Shown here in pieces: positions 13,605-27,350 of a stretch of 64,000 nt of DNA (within the stretch, counting starts at the first letter, position 1; every line of letters begins with the position of its first letter). The notes beneath the pieces were generated by a model, which ran no database searches, was not told the origin of the DNA, and worked only from the letters and a program-made list of their open reading frames with translations. The stretch spans positions 17,360,001-17,424,000 of the forward strand of contig OX597819.1 of the NCBI GenBank assembly GCA_951406725.2, in the 5' to 3' direction. Made by a program: the position numbers and the translations under genes. The DNA is from Octopus vulgaris. Its lineage: Eukaryota.

Positions 13605-13637
<33 letters not shown>

Positions 13638-14590
13638 AGAGGAGAAAGCAAAGGGGAACGGTGAAGTGTGAAAGTATTAAAAGGTTTGAGAGGCGAAAAG
13701 TTTAGTGAGATGTATGAAGACCATGTTTGTGAGAACATATTTAGAGAAACACATTCGCGGGCGCGCAGCGCACACATACGCACACACACATACATACACG
13801 CATACATGCACACATACATACATACAGACAAATGTAACACATAACGGCACCAAGACATTTGCCAACGTTCTCCTCACCCCGCTACGCATAAGCCCTCCCT
13901 GTGTTGCCACTTTCACTGTAGTACCGCCAACACCACCAGCAACAGCAACAACAGCAATAACAACCTTCACACCACAAAACCACAGGCACAACATGCAAAG
14001 CCCATGCACATACATGCACATATACGCACACATTTGTACACACACAAACATGCACATACATGGATAAACATAAGACAGTCATACATGTGGACATACATCC
14101 CTAATATATATACAAACACATGTATAGATGTACACATGTATGTGTATACACATACACACATATATACACATACATTAGACAAACAAACCACACATACATA
14201 CATATTGACGCACACACATACACACACATATATTACGCCCACAAACGCATATGCACGAAAATATACACACAAATATATATACAACTTTAGCGTTGTGTAA
14301 TATCCTGTTAAGATATTGCGCATGACACGGACCGCAAATGGTCGGCTTGTCAACGTTGTTTGATAGCAGAGGCAATATCCTATGTCTAATATTGAATCGA
14401 ATGCTAGAACTATTGGAACAATTCCTCACCAGAAATACATGGCACTTTGCCATTCCGTTCATTCCAATAGTGGAGAGACTTAACATTTTTCTGAATTAAA
14501 ATCATAAAATTCATATCGTGAAACGCGAGGCTAGAAATTGAGGAAATAAATTTATATATGTGTACATTGATAGATTGGTAGATATATAAC

Positions 14591-14653
<63 letters not shown>

Positions 14654-15484
14654 GTAGGTAGGTAGGTAGGTAGATAGATAGATAGATAGATAGATAGACA
14701 CTTATATATGCATCCGTTTATATGTATTCATAAACCTGAAATCATACATGAATATATTATATTCTTATAATTATACGTATTCATATACATGTATTCAAAA
14801 ATATGTATATACATACATACAAACACACACACACATATATATACATGTATATATATGTGTGTGTGTGTACATACACACATATACATACAGATAGACAGAT
14901 AGGTAGATAGAGAATTAAATAGACTGATAGATGGATGTGCGTTCATATATGCATGTGCAAGTGTGTGTATTTATAGACGAAGTATGTATTTGTTTTAAAG
15001 ATAGGTAGCGTGTTAAAAAAACCTTAATCTGTTGAAAAAAATTTTGAGGAATTTAGTGAATTCTGGAATATAAATTTTATGGGTATTTTATTGAATCAAG
15101 TATAAGAAAGCTGGCAGAAATGGTTTTTGTGTCGATGTCTGATTTTCGTCGGGCCTGAATTTGTCTTGTATTCAAATTCTTTTTCGTTCTCCCGTGCCAT
15201 TTGCATCACATTTAGAAAAATTACACTGGCCCAAAAAATTTTAAAAAGGAAGAGAGAAAAAGAGATGCTACGTAGAAAATGAGATTCTTAGAAGGTTGGT
15301 TACAGTTATATGTGCTGATTCCCAACTGACATTTTCATAAGTTGATTCCATATTTCCTTGTACCAATTTTAATTAATTAATTAATCATCAGCTGTTATCT
15401 TATAAAAAATATCATATAAACAATATAAATGAAAGTATATATTACATGCTTTAAGGCGGGGAAAACTGAAAGCAGAATCCCTCG

Positions 15485-15530
<46 letters not shown>

Positions 15531-15638
15531 AGGAAATATAAGTATACACACACACATACGCACACACGCACACACACACACACACGCACACACACATACA
15601 CACACACATACACATACACGCACACATACACACACACA

Positions 15639-15839
15639 CGAGGGGGTACTGAAAAGGTCCTGGTGTTAAGAGTGTCTCGATGCCGACACTTTCGAGCTCC
15701 TTTACTGGGCTTAGAAAAACTAAAGGACCCGCTTCGATAAGTGTGTGAATCTGAGAGGAGAATATGTTGAATAATATCATAATTCATTTATTCTCTTGAG
15801 TTTTTTTAACCAACGCCAGGAACTTTTCAGCACTCCCTC

Positions 15840-15840
<1 letters not shown>
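15639..15840. mobile_element. Mariner-type MITE
   Basis: Imperfect TIRs CGAGGGGGTACTGAAAAGGTCCTGG / CCAGGAACTTTTCAGCACTCCCTCG; about 200 bp, non-coding. Confidence 0.75.
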
Positions 15841-15898
<58 letters not shown>

Positions 15899-15899
15899 T

Positions 15900-16440
15900 G
15901 TTGAAATGGAAAGATGAATTTTCTTGTTACAGATTATTCAAAAGTTTAACCGATACCTGGGTAGCAAAAATCACAGCAGAAAAAAACACGGTTGGAGATA
16001 AGACCATTTGGTGTTGCAACCGTGCGTTGGTGCGGATAATTGAAGTTTAATATAATTAGTGAATGGAAGAAATGGAGTTGAACGAAGATTGTACAGGATT
16101 CCTTTTATTACATTCTACACATGTTTCAAAGGCCACAATTTTCCAAATTCTGATTAAATAAGGATACCATATTGCAGCTTTCTCTTCAGGAAAAAGCAGG
16201 AATTACGTTGACAGGACAAAACAAAACAGAGGCGCAGCATAGCAATTCGAACGAGGACGCTCCTTAAGAGCCCATGGTTAAACTGTTTATCAATGTACGT
16301 TGAAATCGGGTGGTTGGTGGGGGCCGACAAAAGGTCCGTTGGAATAATTACAGGTCAGGCCGCGGTCAAATCTAGTAGGTGAGGAATTAATGAGAACAAG
16401 GGGTGTGGAGATGTTCTGTGTGACCAAAACTAATGTTCTG
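15900..16440 (-). mobile_element. Penelope pLTR-like element, family I/J, with HHR at 16113-16192
   Basis: TTAACCGATACCTGGGTAGCAAA and GGAGTTGAACGA blocks shared with 61960-62240 and 55693-55862; minus strand TTC-CTGAAGA-long stem II-GAAA-CATGTG-TA-GAA. Confidence 0.7.
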
Positions 16441-16624
16441 AATATTTTATATATATATAGGGTGTATATATATAGGGGCGAGACAAAACCTACCTAAAAG
16501 CATGTATGTATATATATACTAGCCTATGTGTGCGCGGCCGTATGTTGGCGAGGGGCGCTAGATAATGAAGACGTGGAACAAGTATAGTATTATTGAACGC
16601 TCAGGAAAGAAGGAAAAAAGGAGG

Positions 16625-16659
16625 GTTTAACGTTTCGAGCGGAGCTCTTCGTCAGAAAC
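16625..16659 (-). ncRNA. Minimal type I hammerhead ribozyme (family E, element 16567-16733)
   Basis: GTTT-CTGACGA-A-GAGC tcc GCTC-GAAAC-GTT-AAAC; stem III reduced to the palindrome AACGTT. Confidence 0.8.
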
Positions 16660-16984
16660 ATAGGAAAAGGAATGATCCAAAGAAGGGAAGACGGAGGAAA
16701 AAAATCGCCAACGGTACACACACGCGGTCACGTGAAAGTCTCTGAGAATTACTTAATACAATGTTTGAAGTGTGAAAGCGATTTAGAAAAATAAATATTA
16801 AAAAAAATGCCATGAAATCTTTTATGAGGTGTTACTAACCTTTTTTGGGAAGAAGTTATTTTCTAGTGTGTGAGCGCATTCGTTTAACCTTATATATATA
16901 TATATATAAATATGTATATCGTATATTATGTTATAATATAATATAATATGATATGATATGATATTATGTAATATAATATGGTAT

Positions 16985-17087
16985 TCTTTTATTCGTTTAT
17001 TTGTTTCAGTCATTTGACTGTGGCCATGCTGGAGCACCGACTTTAGTCGAACAAATCGACCCTAGGACTTATTCTTTGTAAGCCTAA
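16985..17087 (-). mobile_element. SINE family C, 3' fragment
   Basis: CAGTCATTTGACTGTGGCCATGCTGGAGCACC tail. Confidence 0.85.
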
Positions 17088-17459
17088 GGTAAGTATACAT
17101 TATATATTTTCAGTAAATCTAGGAAATATTTCTACCGTTCCCGTACACCACCTGTTTCTATGTGACAATTTATATAAGTAGCAGTGTTGCTGACAAAGGC
17201 ATCATGTGATCATAAGACTTCTGTGCGAATGTGAATGCCAGAGAAACCTTGGCGCCGAAGACTGAATACATTAAACACAGATACATACATTTGCACACAC
17301 ACACACACGTATATACATATATACACATATTTTACGTAAATATGTAGCTTGGTTATATTTTCATGCGTCTTTTTGTCTTAGTCCTGGTACGATATGTACA
17401 CGTATCTTTCTCTCTCCTCTCTTTCTCCCTCACTCCCTCTCACAATTTCACAGTGCCTG

Positions 17460-17540
<81 letters not shown>

Positions 17541-17621
17541 AAATCAATCAATCAATCAAGCTATCACTCGCTTGATCACTCACTCACTCACACAATCTGT
17601 CTATCTATCTGTCTATCTATT

Positions 17622-17688
<67 letters not shown>

Positions 17689-17900
17689 GTATGTATACAC
17701 ACACACACACACTACAATTATACATTTGTGCACGTGCGTGTGCGTATCTGAGTGCTTATGTTCTTATTTTTCTAATCTAAAACATTGAAGAGTCAGAAAT
17801 TCGGCTGCATTATCTTTTCAAACCAATTGTAACAACGACATTTCAAAAATTCACATACAACATACACATACACGCACATATACAAACACAGCTATCCACT

Positions 17901-17934
<34 letters not shown>

Positions 17935-18405
17935 CATCCATATATAATTGAATATAATTTGATGATGAAAAACAACAACCAGAGAAAAATTATGAAAATA
18001 TAAAAATATATGAATATATAGCGAAATCGGAATCAGCATTTCGATGTAATTTTCTTTCTTTCGGTTTTTTACTTTTATTGTTTACTGATTCCAGGAGCTG
18101 TAGAATTTGAATAATATTATTGTAATGTAGAACTGTATTGCCTGGGGGAATAATGCATGCCTCAAGTGAGAATGCTCCCGTCGTTAGACGGAATGTATAC
18201 GATTATTAAAAATAACATTACTCACCCACTCTCTCACTAGGATTGAGACTGGAGGAATGGTATTACCACATGTATGACATGCATGTGTTTATACATGTAT
18301 GTATATGCATATTGACGTGCTCGTATACAGATGTACATATTCATGCACACACATGTTCAAATACACATACCTACACATGTATGTATATATATACACATAT
18401 TTATA

Positions 18406-18446
<41 letters not shown>

Positions 18447-18503
18447 AAACTTATATATGTATGTATATATATATATATATATATATAAACAAACTTATAT
18501 ATG

Positions 18504-18547
<44 letters not shown>

Positions 18548-18592
18548 CATAAATAAATTTGTATATATATATGTGTGTGTGTATGTGAGTAC

Positions 18593-18629
<37 letters not shown>

Positions 18630-18693
18630 ATCATCAATACATGCACAACATCTATACTTGCACAAGCATACAGAAAAACACACACACACACAC

Positions 18694-18729
<36 letters not shown>

Positions 18730-19679
18730 GCATTCTTTTCGTACCTATAATTTACATACACAGTTTACATTTGTTACAGCCCTGATTTCTAATTAGTTTT
18801 TGACCTCACTCAACTAAAGCATACCTAGATTAAATGATCCACGCTGCATAACTTGAGGCGTTTGTAAGTTAAGGACCTGAAAATAACTACGAACGACTCA
18901 CGTATTAACACAAGACAGCCGAAACGCATTCACGGTATCTCGACGAGACACAGTTTTCAGCATTATTTAAACAGACTTTGTTCATCTCTTTGTACAACCA
19001 GGTCGCTTTATATTCATCCTTCGCAGCCAACTGATGTTTGTGGCAAGATTTCACAGAAACATGCTTTTTTCACAATTACCAATTTGTAGAAAAGTCTAGA
19101 TATCCTGGAAGACTTACCTATTGTTATGTATGCATATATTTTTCTTTCTGTTGATATACTCGGGTACCTTTTATTTCCTTCCATTAATTTATTATTTCAG
19201 TTTAATTAGAGCAAGTAACCATTGTGCATTACAGTAATTAAATTCTAGTTAGATGGTACTTATTTCAAAACTTCCAAGTCAGTGACAATCTTTTCCTTGT
19301 AAAAAGTAACAAACGTATGCATCAATGAAAAGCTTGAAGTAATTCTTCATGTGAATAAGAAATTGATTTTACATGGAAGTTAACATTCAAAGAGGCATGG
19401 ACACAAAGATACAAACGCACACACACTTAAAAAATACACATCATTCACATTGTCCAAAAATCCTATTATTCGCTCCGCCGGGACCCAGCTACCGAGCTGC
19501 TTGGGTTCGAGACTGCACGTGGTGGAGAAGTCAACTTGAGATGAAATACTTCATGAACTGTTTGCAAATAAGTAATTCATACTTCGTGTATTGAGTACTC
19601 TTTCTCTTGTCACACATAACAGACGCTCACACAGCCCAACACATATATGTGAGTGTGTATAGAATGTACATACATATGT

Positions 19680-20030
19680 ACTTGCGAAAGACGCCTCTTG
19701 TTATTTCTTGTTGTATTCGTAATTGTGTGCCATGTTCTCCGCTTTTTTGGTTGTTCGTTTCTTTCGTCTTTGTTGCCGTACACATTCGCTAGCTTTCTTA
19801 CAAAGGGGTCTAATGCTCCTAGATTAAACTTTTTTGGGGACAACCAGATCGAACCATCTCAAATGTAACTGTCCGAAATGGTCGTGACTTCTGGTACTTG
19901 ACTGAAGAAAGAAAGCCAAGGATAACCCGTCTTTTTTTGCCTGTCCTCCTAATTGTTGTTTCTTTTGGCCGCCTTTGTGTTGTCTATCTATCCGAACATT
20001 TTAATGCCCTTTATTACGTTTTTGTTCCGT
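19680..20030 (+). repeat. Family F repeat
   Basis: CGAAAGACGCCT...TCTAATGCTCC...GACTGAAGA...CCCGTC. Confidence 0.65.
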
Positions 20031-20043
20031 TTATATATATATA

Positions 20044-20278
20044 TATTTCTTTACTGCCCACAAGGGGCTAAACATAGAGGGGACAAACAAGGACAGACAA
20101 AGGGATTAAGTTGATTAAATCAACCCCAGTGCGTAACTGGTACTTAATTTATCGACCCCGAAAGGATGAAAGGCAAAGTCGACCTTGGCGGAATTTGAAC
20201 TCAGAACGTAACGACAGACGAAATACCGCTAAGCATTTCGCCCAGCGCGCTAACGCTTCTGCCAGCTCGCCGCCGCCT
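20044..20278 (-). mobile_element. SINE family A
   Basis: Full reverse complement of 1011-1241. Confidence 0.92.
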
Positions 20279-20292
20279 TAAATATATATGTA

Positions 20293-20845
20293 TGGTGGCT
20301 GCCCCCTCGTTATCGAGTATGGCCACTGCACGAAGCTTAATCAAAGTTGTTATCGTGCAATACCTGTGCAAGAAGATATTTTTTTTTAAGTGAGGAAAGG
20401 CTGTGCACTGAGTCAATCCCACTCACTAAGCAACAGCAGCCATAATCCGAAAAGAAGATTCAACATTATCGTTAACCACTGAGCCGCAGGTTTTATGTCG
20501 GAGTTATCCCAGTTACCTGAGTTACCTTCTCCTAGAAGGATGCCCTGACAAAGGCTAGGAGTCCTTCACTCCCAATGGTTTAACTGCGCGATCGGGTATT
20601 CAATCCGATTATTTCTATGTCCCCGCGCATGATACAGCTTTAAGACATTTATTGGATGGCCGTTGACTCTCAAGAGTTCCTCCGCCATTTGACGGGTTTT
20701 GTTTTTCATCCCGCAGGGTGACCAATAAACACCCTCCTCACCAAGCAAGCTTGGTGGGGTTGCCGGTTTTGTCGCCGACGACCCGACCATGCAACAGGTA
20801 GTACTGGGTTACATGTTACCAGTAGCACTCGAAAGTGACCTGACA
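20293..20845 (-). mobile_element. GC-richer non-coding element, possibly an RTE-derived non-autonomous retroposon
   Basis: Sharp compositional boundaries between microsatellites; TTCTCCTAGAAGGATGCC...AAGGCTA resembles RTE 5' UTR motifs; single copy in window. Confidence 0.35.
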
Positions 20846-20909
20846 AACATACATACATACATACATATATACATACATACATACATACATACATACATAC
20901 ATACATACA

Positions 20910-20940
<31 letters not shown>

Positions 20941-21023
20941 CTCTACGTATACAAACATATATTTACACACATGTATATCAGTTATATATGTATATTATCA
21001 TATTTGTATATGTTCACAAACAC

Positions 21024-21110
<87 letters not shown>

Positions 21111-21131
21111 CCTACCTACCTACCTACCTAC

Positions 21132-21266
<135 letters not shown>

Positions 21267-21336
21267 GGTCCCGGGTTGAGTCGGAGTTAACCACAGTAAA
21301 TAAGGTACTCAATACATAGCAGAGTAAATTAATTTA

Positions 21337-21472
21337 TTTTATAGAAGGAGCTTCTACAGGACTAGAACTGTTTCATTCAAATGAAATCATCAGGAAGCTT
21401 GCTACAGCAAGCTTCCTGATGATTTCATTTGAATGAAATAGTTCTAGTCCTGTAGAAGCTCCTTCTATAAAA
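21337..21472. repeat. Near-perfect palindrome (67-bp arms) containing two opposed hammerheads (21351-21397 -, 21412-21458 +)
   Basis: Arms 21337-21403 and 21406-21472, spacer AC; each arm reads CTTC-CTGATGA-TTTCATTTGAAT-GAAA-(C/T)AG ttctagtc CTG-TA-GAAG. Confidence 0.85.
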
Positions 21473-21884
21473 AAAAAAATATATATATATATATATCGTT
21501 TAAAATATATTGTCTTACATAAACGTGTATATATGAGCGCTAGCAAGGGCTTTTTATATTATTTGCCGATCGAAACTAAGGCCCACGGCCTTCCTTTGAT
21601 ACTAACAGATTAGGTCATGTTCAATAATATAAAATAACGTATTCCAATCAGCAGAGAAAGGAACATGCTTTTAGAGTACATTACAAATGACGTTTCCTCG
21701 TTGAAGTATATTCTTAACTATTGGACGCCATATTGCTGAGCTCAGCAGGTCACTTGAGTTGGAATTATCTTCAAACATCAGCTTCATCGCAACCAATATT
21801 TCCTCTAGAGTTTTCTTTTCATCGTTCTCCTTATAGAAGCTCATTCACCCTCTATGTTTATGTATGCTTCTTTCCGACCCCCCC

Positions 21885-22041
21885 TCCGTTTCTCTCCCTC
21901 CTTTTCTCGTTCATTTCTTTGTTTCTTTGTTTGTTTGTTTCTTTCTTTCTTTCCTTCTTTCCTTCTTTCTTTCCTTCCTTCTTTCTTTCTCTCTTTCTTT
22001 CCTTCCTTCATTCTTTCTTTTTTCCTTCTTTCTTTCTTTCC

Positions 22042-22072
<31 letters not shown>

Positions 22073-22158
22073 TTTCTTTCTTTCATTCTTTCATTCTTTC
22101 TTTCCTTCCTTCTTTCTTTCTCTCTTTCTTTCCTTCCTTCATTCCTTCTTTTTTCCCT

Positions 22159-22192
<34 letters not shown>

Positions 22193-22215
22193 TTTCTTCC
22201 TTCCTTCCTTCCTTC

Positions 22216-22250
<35 letters not shown>

Positions 22251-22254
22251 TCAT

Positions 22255-22305
<51 letters not shown>

Positions 22306-22334
22306 CTCTCTCTCTCTTTCCTTCTCTCTCTCTC

Positions 22335-22375
<41 letters not shown>
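21885..22375. repeat. (CTTT)n/(CT)n polypyrimidine tract
   Basis: Direct reading; explains the 355-aa and 302-aa F/S/L-rich ORFs. Confidence 0.95.
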
Positions 22376-22377
<2 letters not shown>

Positions 22378-22908
22378 TTTGGCATTTTCTCTCTTTCACT
22401 CTTAACCTCTTTCTATCGCTTCCTTTTTTTTTATTTTGTTCCTTTATTTTTCTTTTCGTGTTTTGTTTTCTTCGTGTTCTTTTTCTACTTGCTGAATATA
22501 CTTCTCTCTCTCTCTCTCTCTCTCTCACTCTCTCTCTCTCTTTCGTTTCCTTTCTTTCTTTCTCATTCCGTCTCTACATCTCTCCCTATCTCTCCCTTCA
22601 TCTCTATTTCTTGCTCTTCAAAATGTGTCCCCACCACCAACACCTCACACTCCCCATCTTCACACATTTTCACTCCCCCTCCCACAACACGAATTCTCCT
22701 CTCCATTCCACCTCCCACTCCTTGGACCTCCCTCCCCCCTTCAAACACCAGTCGATTGGCTCCAAGAAATAGCTGTTCCACTAATTAATCACTTTTGATG
22801 TGTTGTTCCAGACCGAACTCATTTGGATCAACTCCAAAAACCTTCGACCTGACACCGCTCAGACGCCAGGTACCTAACCCAAACCCAAACCATGGTCCAC
22901 CCGAAACC

Positions 22909-22911
<3 letters not shown>

Positions 22912-22944
<33 letters not shown>

Positions 22945-22952
22945 CATCATCA

Positions 22953-23022
<70 letters not shown>

Positions 23023-23033
23023 CATTATTATTA

Positions 23034-23124
<91 letters not shown>

Positions 23125-23129
23125 TATCA

Positions 23130-23226
<97 letters not shown>

Positions 23227-23262
23227 CATTATTATTATCATCATTATTATTATTATTGCTAT
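22912..23262. repeat. (TAT)n/(CAT)n compound microsatellite
   Basis: Direct reading. Confidence 0.97.
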
Positions 23263-23769
23263 TAGTATTATTGTTGTAGTTGATGTTGCCACATATTTCT
23301 GTATAATTTATTTAATATTCCTTTATTTTTCAAATTTAGTTTGACTATATTATAATGTAATATTTTAGTATTTTCTCCGACTTGATATGCAAATGTCGTC
23401 GTCTCTTTGAGTGGGAGAATTTTTAGACAAAAGCTGAAGTAGTGGCGGTGGTAATGGTGGAAAAACTAACCACAGAGAATGCAGACTGTAATCCTGTAGA
23501 GGAGTATGTTGGTGGAAAACAGGTTGGAGGAAGAAGGCCGTGCGCGAATCTTCTGTTTGTTCGTGTCCTGTTTTGTCTGTAGGTACAACAGCAACACCTC
23601 AACCAACGTGACTGCTAGATGGAAATAGATCGCGCACAAAAAGTGCTCCAGTGCGCTAGGCTGCGTAAGAGTTTTGCAATGATGCGCAGAACACCTGTCT
23701 TTCAGTAGGTTCCCCCACTTAGGCAGATTCTACAGAGCTGTATGAATATTTAGAGCTTCGTCACGCACA

Positions 23770-23836
<67 letters not shown>

Positions 23837-23909
23837 ACAAATACGCGCGTAAATATTTATGCAAAAATATGCTTGTATAGACACCTACACTGTAGATAGA
23901 CGCACACAG

Positions 23910-23952
<43 letters not shown>

Positions 23953-24201
23953 GACATCCATAGCTATCTATCTATCTATCTATCCATCCATCTCTCTCTC
24001 TCTCAGTATATATATATATATATATATGCCGAAATTCGCTGACTGAAGATTAAAGGTTTCTGATTGAAGATTAAAGGCTTCGAATGACCCGTCTGTTTTC
24101 AGTGTTCGTCCCTTTGTGTATTTCACGTTCTTGTTTCTTCATATATAATTTTTTGTTTTCCACCTGCCTTCGTCTTTTGTCTATTTTCATAAAGCTTCCC
24201 G

Positions 24202-24235
<34 letters not shown>

Positions 24236-24528
24236 CGGGAAGCTTTATGAAAATAAACAAAAGACGAAGGCAGGTGGAAAAATATGTCTATAAGAATACA
24301 TACGAACACAAACACACACGTATATGAATGTTTGTTCAGCTCGTAATTCAAATATCACTCAATAAATTTCATTCGAGTAATATAATTCATTTATTTTTCG
24401 AGGTAAAGATTTGTAGCGACTTCGAAATTTCGGCTTACGGACCTTCATTTTACTGTAAAGTAGGATTGCTTTTTGAAACCTCACATACACACACACACAC
24501 ACACACACACGCACATATATTCAGTTGA

Positions 24529-24580
<52 letters not shown>

Positions 24581-24797
24581 CCATACATACGCACCTATAT
24601 ATGCATGTATGTATACATATTTATAAATACATATATGTATGCATGTATTTATGTGTATATATATGCATGTGTGTATATATATATATATATGTATGCATGT
24701 ATATATATGTATATATATTTATATAGAACATGTATGCATGTATGTGCATATATATGTATATATATGCATACATATAAATATATATATACATACATAC

Positions 24798-24848
<51 letters not shown>

Positions 24849-24863
24849 TGTGTATATGTGTGT

Positions 24864-24895
<32 letters not shown>

Positions 24896-25329
24896 CGCTC
24901 GTCTAAGGTTGACCTGTTCCAAATCTCTGTTTACACACCACATACTTGAATGAAACTAAACAATAACATAAATAAACCATTAGTTCCTTTCCCTAAATAA
25001 AACCAAATTGGAAGGGAATCTATTTAGCAAAAATTCAGCAAATGTTTGTTAACTGTTCGAGAAGTTCAATGTCTTCAGCCTCTTACCACACCTCCTTATG
25101 AACTTTTGCCCTCTTTTCATTCTCCGCGCCCTCGTCTTCCTTCTCTGCCTCCTCTTTAATCTGTAACAGCTTTCAGTCTTCAAAGTCGTTACTTCCGCCC
25201 ATCTAATCAAACTCTCAATAAAGTCATTTCTTTATATGCCACGAATATGCTACTATTGTACATGCTTAGTTTGCAGTGACATTGTTACACCCACCAGACG
25301 AGGCACGGAGAAATTTGCATTCTGCCGAA

Positions 25330-25640
25330 GAGGATTTCAATGAAACTTCAAAGTCCCAATGGCCTTTTTCCCTTGTAAAACTAATATGCGTGCGAGCGCG
25401 TGTATGTTCATTTTCTACGTCCATGAGAAGGCACAATGTCCATGGGCTTCAGAGATCTCCTACACCGGTGAAGTTTATGGAATTAATGTTATCCTTGAAT
25501 CTTTGTTGGTCAACGCGTGCAGGAAATATATGAGCAGGAAAGGTATTCCTGAGGGATGGCATTCGGGTAAGGAGGGACTGCACGTAAAATGTAGTGTTGA
25601 AGGGTTGGACAAAAGAAGCGTGATAGGAGGAGGCTAAGTC
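25330..25640 (-). mobile_element. Decayed APE-type LINE 3' end
   Basis: Minus strand FYVQSLLTRMPSLRNTFPAHIFPARVDQQRFKDNINSI* resembles the SF..R...LWN.LP..VFP...DL..FK..IN LINE C-terminus. Confidence 0.5.
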
Positions 25641-25769
25641 GATTAGGATTGAAATGCATAGAGACGGCAAGAGACTGTCATTTCTGAGGAGTAGAGACCA
25701 TTATAGGAGTGATAAAAGAGGCAGAGAGATGACTTTATGCTATTCTATTCTATTCTATTCTATTCTATC

Positions 25770-25805
<36 letters not shown>

Positions 25806-25978
25806 TTGTATGTATATATGCACGAGTGCGTGTGTTTATTATGTGTTTGTGTTTGTCTCCAAGTGTTGTCCTGAATACCAGTGTTGTCTTGCTTTGCTTA
25901 CCTCCTCTTGACTAAGCGCTTCGGTGTTAAATTGATGGTATTATTAAATTAATATCCAATTTTTTTTCACCCTTATTT

Positions 25979-26023
<45 letters not shown>

Positions 26024-26679
26024 ATATATGAATGGGAGATGAGAGTTCAACGAATGTTGTAGAGGGTATCTTTTCTTTTTATTGCTAAGAAGAAGGCCGT
26101 CTTACATTTTCTTCCAGCCACAACCTGCTTTCTTAAATATGGAATGAGACCTTGAAAGTAGCGTTATATATTCCTACCGATCGGAATGGTCACAGATGAA
26201 TATTTTGATCATGGCTTCACTCGATCACGTTTAACCCGAGGGAAAAAACAACAACAACAACAACCACAACAACCACAACTACATAATCCCGTTCTTCTAC
26301 ATGATGTGTTCAAATCCTACAAAAGTATCTTCGGCTTAGTATCAACTATGTGGTTATTACCGATGGGGGGTTGATGACGATGATGATGATGAGGATGAGG
26401 ATGATGATGATGATGAGGAAGAGGAGGAGGAGGAGGGGGATGAGTAAGAGAGAGAAAGCGGTAGAGAAGGATTATGGGAGGAATCAGTAGAATTACCAAT
26501 TCAGCAGTATTACTTTCGAATCTAGAGTTGTTAGTTCGATCTGCTAAAAGCAACGGGAAAAAACCAACAAAACCAAAATGGCTGCATGTGAAAGACCTTT
26601 GGTGCGTGGGGCTGCTGGTGCCGGAGTGACCTGGGGCTAAGCAACAACTGTAACGTTATCAATATGTGAAGGTGGTGGT

Positions 26680-27101
26680 GTTGATGGTGGCAATGGTGAT
26701 GCTGTATCGGTGTTGGCGGTGCTGGTAGTGGTGGTGATGGTATTGGTGACGATTGCGGTAGTGTTAGTGTTCGCGGTGCTGCTTCATTGTAGTGGTGGCG
26801 CTGATGGCGGGGATGGCGTGAGTGGTGGCGTTGGTGTTGTCGGTGGTGGTAGTGCTGGCAGCAGTGGTGAAGGTGTATAAACTTTGGTGGTGTTGGATAT
26901 GTGGTGTGCGAACGGTATTGGTGGTAATAATAATGATGGCGGTGGTGGTGGTGTTGGTGGTGGTGGTGGTGGTGGTGGTGGTGGTGGTGGTGGTGGTGGT
27001 GGTGGTGGTGGTGGTGGTGGTGGTAGTGGTGGTGGTGGTGTTGGTGGTGGTGGTGGTGGTGGTGGTGGTGGTGGTGGTGGTGGTGGTGGTGGTGGTGGTG
27101 G
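26680..27101. repeat. (GGT)n microsatellite
   Basis: Direct reading. Confidence 0.95.
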
Positions 27102-27254
27102 TTCTAATGGTGGCAATGATTCATTCTTGTTGCTGTGGTGATAAAAGATGGCACAGCTTCTGGAGGTGGTGATGGAGAAATTGGCCAAATCTCCGAAAAT
27201 TATGTAATCGTTATATATTATTTAATAACAATTTTCTATTTGACAAAGCGTCGC

Positions 27255-27350
27255 ATGAAAATATGGCGCCCGACCGAGAATTTGGCGGGAGAGCCCTGAC
27301 ATAATGACGTCACAACAGACTGCATTGCAGCACAGTCATACACTCACCCT
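27255..27350. promoter_or_regulatory. Candidate regulatory cluster (YY1-like, E2F, CRE)
   Basis: ATATGGCGCC 27261-27270, TTTGGCGGGA 27281-27290, TGACGTCA 27305-27312 within 55 bp of CpG-rich unique sequence. Confidence 0.35.

Noticed and set aside
21721-22788. 355-aa ORF (longest in the window)
   Set aside because: Read-through of the (CTTT)n/(CT)n tract; low-complexity F/S/L with no domain
23560-23630. Strong plus-strand splice acceptor (CCTGTTTTGTCTGTAG)
   Set aside because: The two frames I translated stop within 15 codons; no recognisable product or convincing donor
27263-27275. TGGCGCCCGA as a tRNA-Lys primer-binding site
   Set aside because: Only a 10-nt match and no LTR ending in CA upstream
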